Assembly: GCF_006345805.1 (NCBI RefSeq)
Contig: NW_021829410.1
Span: 1 to 6,351 of the forward strand
Reading direction: 5' to 3'
DNA from: Octopus sinensis
Taxonomy: Eukaryota
Length of the DNA stretch: 6,351 nt
Shown here: positions 1 to 5,811 of the stretch, piece after piece
Position numbering within the stretch: the stretch's first letter is position 1
Layout: each line of letters starts with the position of its first letter
Position numbers and translations under genes: made by a program
Notes under the pieces: model-generated
The model's input: only the letters and a program-made list of their open reading frames with translations
The model's database searches: none
What the model was told of the DNA's origin: nothing

Positions 1-39
1 ACGGAAGTTATTTATAATTATTAGCGAGCATTAAGTAGG

Positions 40-185
40 TGTGTGCTTGTGTGTATGTATGTATTATGTATGTATGTATGTATGTATTGTATGTATGTAT
101 GTATGTATGTATGTATGTATGTATGTATGTATATTTGTATCTATGTGTGTATGTATGTGTGTGTTTGTGTGTATATATGTGTGTG
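40..185. repeat. Imperfect (TATG)n/(TG)n microsatellite
   Basis: Directly visible runs of gtat/tatg units grading into tg dinucleotides. A short (TG)n also lies at 263-278. Confidence 0.97.
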
Positions 186-364
186 GTCCGCGTATTTTGT
201 TTAAAACTGTTGTTTTATTAGTAAGTAAAACATTTGTGTATGAATTGATATGTTTCTCAATATGTGTGTGTGTGTGTGAGTTATGTAAGGTAATCTGAGA
301 GAGGCTTCAGAGGTATTTGATAACTGCAGGAGGTTATATCAATTTAAGAATTATCGCAAACACT

Positions 365-380
365 AAAAAAAAAAAAAAAA
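365..380 (+). repeat. A16 homopolymer at the start of an A-rich tract
   Basis: 16 consecutive A at 365-380. Confidence 0.95.
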
Positions 381-584
381 TCCAACCCAAAACAAAACAT
401 CAACGAAACAAAGAAGTGAAAGACCATAACAGCTGGAACATAGAAAGTGACAAAACCCTAAAATTTTGGTTGAAATATTTCCTAAGAACATTGGAACAAC
501 ACATGACTGACTTAATAAAGAGAAAAGTATCACAATTCTATAAGCAAAGAAACCATAAAAATTACAGACTCAGTACCTGTCTTC

Positions 585-893
585 TGGCACTCTGTCGGTT
601 ACAGCGACGAGGGTTCCAGTTAATCTGATAAACGGAACAACCTGCGCATGAAATTAACGTGCAAGTGGCTGAGAACTTCACAGACATGCGCACTCTTGAC
701 ATAGTTTTCAGAGATGTTCAGTGTGACGCAATATGACAAGGCCCGCCTTGTCTACTCATTTTGCCAGCTGAATGGACTGGAGCAACGTGGAATAAAGTGT
801 CTTGATCAAGGATACAATGTACCGCCGGGAATCGAACTTATGACCTAACGGTCGTGAGCCGGATACTCTAACTACTAAACTACGAGCGTTCAC
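585..893 (-). mobile_element. Full-length tRNA-derived SINE with CORE-like central domain (resembles Octopus OR/OK-type SINEs)
   Basis: The minus strand reads 5'-gtgaacgctcgTAGTTTAGTAGttagagtatccggctcacgaccgttaggtcataaGTTCGATTCCcgg. This is a tRNA-like head with a decayed A box and a consensus B box. It is followed by the CORE-like tgtatccttgatcaagacactttattccacgttgctccagtccattcagctggcaaaatgagta, then a 3' tail ending ggaaccctcgtcgctgtaaccgacagagtgcca. Candidate target-site duplication: acctgtctt (575-583) / acctgtgtt (896-904), 8/9 identical. The family assignment is from memory of the octopus consensus and was not searched. Confidence 0.88.
828..882 (-). promoter_or_regulatory. Internal RNA polymerase III type-2 promoter of the SINE (B box intact, A box degenerate)
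   Basis: B box GTTCGATTCC is the reverse complement of 828-837 and matches GTTCRANNC. The A box reads TAGTTTAGTAG (reverse complement of 872-882) against TRGCNNAGTGG, so this copy is probably inactive. Confidence 0.7.
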
Positions 894-1053
894 TAACCTG
901 TGTTATGTCGCATTGCAAAGTCTTAGCTTGTATAGTATCGGTAGAGGATAAATAAGCAGCTGATAAAACGTTTCGTTTACTGATCAATATAACCGAAAAC
1001 TGTATGAATTAAGCATAACAGGTATTGAGTACAAGAAAGCTTGTTCGAAATTC

Positions 1054-1187
1054 TTTTAACACAGTGCATCCATGTAAGACATTATCTCACGAATACCACC
1101 GTCAATCAAGCTTTGTGTGATTTATTTGCTTTAAGTATGATACAAAGATTGTCACTCTAATCTAATAGTGCTTCTGCTGCACATAAC
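1054..1187 (+). repeat. Diverged direct repeat, copy A
   Basis: Aligns with 1347-1475 at about 77% by hand count (94/122 aligned columns), e.g. ttttaacacagt, aagcttt, ttaagtatga, tctaatctaata, acataac. Confidence 0.92.
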
Positions 1188-1346
1188 GAATCTTTATTCA
1201 GCTGATTGGTTAATTGCAACATCAGTAGTTTTTCAGTCACTGCTTTGCTATATCCAGTGGTGATGGATTTTGTCTTGGCAAATGTAGCATTCCCGTCACC
1301 ACCGCTGGATGATTTCCCTTTGTTACTGATATATTTTTTTGTGTCA

Positions 1347-1475
1347 TTTTAACACAGTACGTCCACAAGAGATACTATCTCCGGATGAACACCACAGTTA
1401 ATTAAGCTTTCTGTGAGGAATTTGCATTAAGTATGACACAGAGATTGCTATTCTAATCTAATACTGCTACATAAC
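1347..1475 (+). repeat. Diverged direct repeat, copy B
   Basis: Partner of 1054-1187. It lacks 7 bp near the 3' end and has about 3 extra bp near 1385. Confidence 0.92.
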
Positions 1476-1711
1476 ATACACACACTCACGCACAAACACA
1501 CACACACACGTGCACACACGCGCACACGCACACATGCACATGCACACACACACACACACTTATATATATATAAACATACATACACATACAGTCACACATA
1601 TATTTATATATGTATATATACGCATACATCATACACATACACACAATGCAAACCACATACACACAATGCAAACACACATACACACACAGAGTGATATAAT
1701 TATCAAATATG

Positions 1712-1762
<51 letters not shown>

Positions 1763-2177
1763 TATATATATATATATATATTTGAGTATGTGTACCTGTG
1801 TGTATGTGTAACCGCGTTTGTGTGTGCATGTGCGTGCATATCGACATACATTCATGCAAATTCATAAACGTTTCCTTTATTTAAAGTTATATAGCTTACC
1901 ATTTATATACACATGTATTTGTGTCTGTGTTTATGCGCGTGTGTGTGAGCGTGTATACGCGTGCATGTGTGTATGAGTGTGTATGTGTGTGTGTGTGTGT
2001 GTCCGTATGTATGTAGCTGTATCGCATACTCGTATGTGTTTATAAATGCTGCTTTGAGCAAGTTCGCTAAACCGGATAAAAATGCGCGCGCCGGCGAACA
2101 CACATTTACATGTACAGGCTTGCACGCGTTTATTGGCGTTTCTATGTATTTGTTTGTGCATTTATACTTGTATGTGT
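1476..2177. repeat. Large alternating purine-pyrimidine microsatellite block: CA-rich arm, central (AT)n, TG-rich arm
   Basis: CA-rich 1476-1690, including a tandem 20-mer cacatacacacaatgcaaac at 1634-1653 and 1654-1673. (AT)n at 1715-1781 with one ac interruption. TG-rich segments at 1783-1835, 1913-2036 and 2140-2177. Confidence 0.95.
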
Positions 2178-2278
2178 GGGAGAGCAAGAGGGAGAGAGGC
2201 AGAGAGGCAGAGATTTCATTGGGTGTAATTCCTTAACGTAAATAATAACCTCTCTCTCTCTTCTCTCTCTCTCTCTCA
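2178..2278. repeat. Imperfect (GA)n tract followed by (CT)n tract
   Basis: GA-rich 2178-2213 and (CT)n about 2250-2277, separated by a ~36-bp AT-rich spacer. Confidence 0.9.
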
Positions 2279-2595
2279 CTAGTTTTTTTAAAATCATATA
2301 TTAGAAAATTACAGCCTTGAAAAAGAAAATGGAATAGAAAAACTTCCTTCACCATCTTACCTACCCCAATTTAAACACATTTATATAGAAAACAACTAAA
2401 TATGCGAAGTTCATTTAAAGGAAATTTATGCTTTTCTTATCTCACTCATTCCGGAAACTTTCTTGTCATTCCAAGGCAAGAAGTCCTCTTGAATAGAATT
2501 TATGGATAGAATAAAATCAAGACATCGTCAATGAAAAGGGGGTCTTCTGTAAATTTAAATTACTCCCTACCCTCTCATACAGAACACTGGTTGAA

Positions 2596-2616
2596 ATGAT
2601 GATGATGATGATGATG

Positions 2617-2658
<42 letters not shown>

Positions 2659-2720
2659 TAATAATAATAATAATGATGATAATAATAATAATAATAATAA
2701 TATAATAATAATATAATGAT
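2596..2720 (+). repeat. Compound (ATG)n-(ATA)n trinucleotide microsatellite
   Basis: About 7 ATG units, then a long interrupted ATA run with a few interspersed ATG units. Confidence 0.97.
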
Positions 2721-3855
2721 AGCAAAAGCAGAAACTATAACTATCATCATCAGTACGGCTGTAAAAGAGTAAATTAAAAGTGAAATAAAAATCTAATCGC
2801 AAATATAAAGAATACTGTTGGAGATGAGCTAAAAAAAAGGCAATAAAATAACATAAAATAAATGAAATTATATTATATAACCAGTAAGCTGTAGTGTCAC
2901 CAAGTAATTAAGAATAAACTTGGAAAAGATTAATAAAAGTTCCCAAATAGTAGAACATCATTGAAAATTAAAAATCGTCTCTTAATCTGGACGACCGGTC
3001 GTATTTTTAACAAATCAAACACAACCAGCAATCTTTTCCAATGAAGGTAATAAAAGTAGAACGTTGTGATTTCATATATCCTAAAGTGAAGATATGTCAT
3101 TAGGGAGAAGCGCTCATAAAAAAAAATAAAAATCAATGAAGAAAATAAATAAAACGAATATGAGATAGGGCAGGAAAATTGAAGGAGAATAGCTAAAGAA
3201 TAATTGGATCAGAAGTTGCACTACGCAGCTTTTTATTTTACTTGCCCATTTTTTGGCGCCAGTAATTGGCCGTAAACCTCAAAGATTATCGTCTTCTTTA
3301 TCGTCTGCTTCATCTGACGCTGCTCTCGGTGCTGTGTCAGCAGATAATTGAGAAACCTTATTAACTTCCCGTATAATCACTTTCATCATAGCCTGTTTTT
3401 GAGACCGACTTTAACGAAGCTTAAGTTAGAAAAAGAAAGCAAAAACCATGTAGTTTTGACATCGTGTGCAGGTTCAAATATACGCACTTTATATTTCCTG
3501 ATATATTTAATCCCCACGAAATTCTACAGTATTATTTGGTTTATTATTTTTTGCTATCAGAAACAAATATTCTATATATCAAGGCAAAAGAAACAGAGTT
3601 TGACATTCTATTTGTTAGGGGAAGAGAAATAACGACTTTCTGAAGGGATCAATTGCGTTAGTATAAATTGTAATTCTGTCAAGAGAGGATTGAAGCTATC
3701 TGTTATCGGAATAGTGAGACTGTAGCTTTTACTTATTGGACAATCCAAATCATTTAGTCATTTACAGTAGTATCTGATTTTCATGTTGAGGTTAAAATTG
3801 TGTTTACTAAAAAAAAACATTCCCGAAAGTTCATCTTACATTTCCCATTCTCTCT

Positions 3856-3953
<98 letters not shown>

Positions 3954-3986
3954 AAAGCAATACTAATACTAATAATAATCATAATG
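3856..3986 (+). repeat. Perfect (TAC/ACT)~32 microsatellite followed by degenerate AAT-type units
   Basis: Uninterrupted TAC periodicity 3856-3953, then aaagcaatactaatactaataataatcataatgat. Confidence 0.97.
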
Positions 3987-4171
3987 ATTTGAACTATCTT
4001 TAATGATAGAGGAAATAGGCATAAACCCAGTTTAGTACAGCTCTAGGAAACAGTGTTATTAGGGACAGCTAGGATACTTAGAAGGGTTCTTGGCATCTAA
4101 GGTTTTTCGTTGTAGTCCGATGTTAGGAATTTTTCTTTTCCAACAGTCTAATCTGTTGTGTGTATATGAAA
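3987..4171 (+). mobile_element. Extreme 3' fragment (ORF end plus 3' UTR) of an R4/Dong-like RLE non-LTR retrotransposon, 5'-truncated (fragment 1)
   Basis: Frame 3 at 4026-4100 reads PSLVQL*ETVLLGTARILRRVLGI*, with a premature tag at 4044. It is preceded, after a 1-nt frameshift, by MIEEIGI. 'LQKxxLLGTARILRxVL' is the typical C-terminus of R4/Dong-clade ORFs. A ~70-nt 3' UTR follows and runs directly into a trinucleotide tail. The 5' boundary is approximate. Confidence 0.82.
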
Positions 4172-4244
<73 letters not shown>

Positions 4245-4269
4245 TAATAATAATAATAATGATAATAAT
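4172..4269 (+). repeat. Compound (ATG)n-(ATA)n microsatellite (tail/target between fragments 1 and 2)
   Basis: About 13 ATG units, then AAT units with single aaa and gat interruptions. Confidence 0.97.
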
Positions 4270-4900
4270 ACAAAAATCTCCACGATAGGGTAGGATAGTA
4301 TTTACATTGGAAAATATGTAAACACTCCAAATATGTAAACACTCCCAAATCATGCTTACTGGTATGAACATCATCCTGAGTCACTCATTGAAAGTAAAAA
4401 CCTCACTATCCTCTGGGATTTTCCAGTTCACACTGACAGAACAATCCAGGCTAATCGACCAGACATAATTATTAAAGACAAGGAAGAAAATACTTGTAGA
4501 CTAATAGATGTGAGTATTCTCACCGATAAAAATATATCTGTAAAGGAATTTGATAAATTAAGTAAATATAAGGACCTGGAAATTGAAATACAGAGATGTG
4601 GCATATTAAAGTGATAACTGTTCCTTTTATTGTAGGTGCCCTAGGTATGCTAAAAAAGGGATGTAAGAAACATCTAGACAAGGTCTCAGGAGAACCATAT
4701 TTCAGAGAAATCCAAAAGATTGTGCTAACAAGTAATGCTCACATCCTTAATGTTGTATTACATGGAGATATTTCGCTACTGCCCCTGCCACTTCCCCTCC
4801 CCAAGCTTTCAGTCATACTGCAACATCTCTTGTCCTTCACTCGCCCTAGGAAACTGGGTGTGTCTCGCCAAGTGAATGTAATAAACATGCAGATTAAAAA
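4269..4900 (+). mobile_element. 5'-truncated, frameshifted R4/Dong-like non-LTR retrotransposon: restriction-like endonuclease (PD-(D/E)xK-type) domain plus 3' UTR (fragment 2)
   Basis: Frame 3 from 4269 reads YKNLHDRVG*YLHWKICKH. A 17-bp tandem duplication follows at 4312-4345. Frame 1 is open 4339-4614: YWYEHHPESLIESKNLTILWDFPVHTDRTIQANRPDIIIKDKEENTCRLIDVSILTDKNISVKEFDKLSKYKDLEIEIQR. After a 1-nt deletion at ~4596, frame 3 continues MWHIKVITVPFIVGALGMLKKGCKKHLDKVSGEPYFREIQKIVLTSNAHIL. The HD, HW, WYEH, WDF, RPD (4456-4464), IDV (4504-4512), KxxKYxxL (4555-4578) and VGALG motifs are characteristic of RLE ORFs. It ends in a (TAA)n tail from ~4901. Confidence 0.93.
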
Positions 4901-4966
4901 TAAATAATAATAATAGTAACAAGAATGATGATGATGATGACGACGACGACGACGACGATGATGATA

Positions 4967-5016
<50 letters not shown>

Positions 5017-5035
5017 AATAATAATAATAATAATA
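4901..5035 (+). repeat. Compound (AAT)-(GAT)-(GAC)-(GAT)-(AAT) microsatellite (tail/target between fragments 2 and 3)
   Basis: Directly visible: short AAT run, then GAT, about 6 GAC, a long GAT run and a terminal AAT run. Confidence 0.97.
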
Positions 5036-5485
5036 GCAAATGGAGGAAGAGGACTGATAATTGTGGAAGACTGCGTGCGTATCGAACTCGAAAGTTTAAT
5101 GAGATTCCTAGCCTAAAGTAAGGAAACCTTGCTAGTGACAGTAAGGAATGAGGGAGTATTGGGAGAAGAGAAAAAAAGGGAAAACAAAGGAAGAAGAACA
5201 AAAAAGACATGAAGAGTAATTACGCAAGAAGGGACTACACAATCAATTCCATGTAGCCACAACAGAAGTTGCTGGAAAAAATAGGTGGGATTGGCTGATG
5301 AAAGGAACACCCCACCCCTAAAGTGACCGAGAGCACAATACTGACAACGCAGTCTGAGTACGAACTGGAGGGTCAACCCGAGGAAGTGTCTCTGCTGTGC
5401 TGTATCTGTAAGAGTGGATGATACCATTGCTCATATCACCAACGAATATCCTAAACTTGCTCAAACTATTAAAAGGAGAAGATAG
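5036..5485 (+). mobile_element. Internal decayed fragment of an R4/Dong-like non-LTR retrotransposon: post-RT region through the CCHC zinc knuckle (fragment 3)
   Basis: Frame 2 reads ANGGRGLIIVEDCVRIELESLMRFLA*SKETLLVTVRNEGVLGEEKK. After a +1 shift in the A run at 5171-5177, frame 3 reads GKTKEEEQKRHEE*LRKKGLHNQFHVATTEVAGKNRWDWLMKGT. Frame 1 then gives VTESTILTTQ, frame 2 LSTNWR, frame 1 CCICK (5398-5412) and frame 2 VDDTIAHITNEYPKLAQ (5414-5464). GGRGL, LHxQF, WxWL, ETE and the Cx2Cx8Hx4C spacing (last C decayed to Y) are the conserved RT-to-RLE linker of R4-clade elements. Confidence 0.88.
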
Positions 5486-5505
5486 AACCCATTATTGTTG
5501 GGTCC

Positions 5506-5575
5506 TTTCTCTCTCTCTTTCGACATAAATAAATAAATAAATATATAAATAAATAAATAAATATATATATATATA
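5506..5575. repeat. (TC)n, (TAAA)n and (TA)n microsatellites at the left MITE junction
   Basis: Includes an exact tandem 20-mer ataaataaataaataaatat at 5525-5544 and 5545-5564. Confidence 0.93.
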
Positions 5576-5811
5576 CGCGAGGGTCTTCTGAAAAGTTCAT
5601 GGCTCTGGGAAACAGAAAATACAGGAGGACCAGCTTTATTCTCTCCTCAGATTCACATATTCACATATTCACATATTCTCCTCTCAGTTTCACGCACTTA
5701 TTGCAGCGGTCCTTCAGTTTTTCTAAGCCCTGTAAAAGAACACGGAGGTTTGACCTTCCAGCCAGGCTTTTCGCGACACCTTAAAGCGAGGAATTTTTCA
5801 GCTCCCTCTCG
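5576..5811 (-). mobile_element. Mariner-derived non-autonomous element (MITE / internal deletion derivative)
   Basis: TA flanks at 5574-5575 and 5812-5813. The left end cgagggtcttctgaaaagttcatggct (5578-5604, with an extra cg at 5576) aligns with the reverse complement of the right end, cgagagggagctgaaaaattcctcgct, giving an imperfect ~27-bp TIR. TA-CGAGGG-like ends are typical of mariner. A transposase C-terminal remnant lies inside on the minus strand. Confidence 0.9.
5670..5767 (-). pseudogene. C-terminal remnant of a mariner transposase
   Basis: The minus strand translates AWLEGQTSVFF-(1-nt deletion)-LQGLEKLKDRCNKCVKLRGEYV. This matches the mariner C-terminal pattern W...FFxxGIxKLxxRWxKCVxxxGxYxE. 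Confidence 0.8.

Noticed and set aside
365-380. A16 as the tail of a retrocopy
   Set aside because: No upstream polyadenylation signal, recognisable body or TSD.
317-628. 103-aa K-rich ORF
   Set aside because: TTG start, runs through the A16 tract and into the antisense SINE tail. Its composition simply reflects A-richness.
828-890. Possible tRNA gene
   Set aside because: It is the decayed tRNA-derived head of the SINE: the A box is mutated and it continues directly into the CORE-like body.
957-1000. ctgataa/ctgatca...cgaaa and minus-strand gaaacgttt resembling Penelope-type minimal hammerheads
   Set aside because: Conserved core bases are mismatched and no helix I pairing can be built on either strand.
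1260-1315. SECIS-like GTGA...AAA...TGA arrangement
   Set aside because: The helix II pairing required between the GA quartets cannot form, and no selenoprotein ORF lies upstream.
1054-1475. CRISPR-like or LTR interpretation of the direct repeat
   Set aside because: Only two long, diverged units in eukaryotic context, with no LTR termini, PBS, PPT or TSD.
2540-2556. gggtcttctgtaaattt resembling the MITE left TIR (5581-5597)
   Set aside because: No TA-CGA terminus and no partner TIR. Ten-mer matches are expected by chance in a window this size.
39-2802. Listed ORFs rich in VC/YI/HT dipeptides or poly-I/Y/L/H
   Set aside because: They are translations of stop-free di-, tri- and tetranucleotide repeats and carry no protein signal.
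2991-3002. Perfect 12-bp palindrome acgaccggtcgt
   Set aside because: About one to two 12-bp palindromes are expected by chance in 6.3 kb (4^-6 per position).
3783-4384. Poly-L/T/D/N/I/H ORFs
   Set aside because: Microsatellite read-through. The real coding remnants lie in other frames.
5295-5325. CTGATGA resembling a hammerhead ribozyme core
   Set aside because: No properly placed GAAA or helix, and it is explained as the codons for WLMKG in retrotransposon fragment 3.
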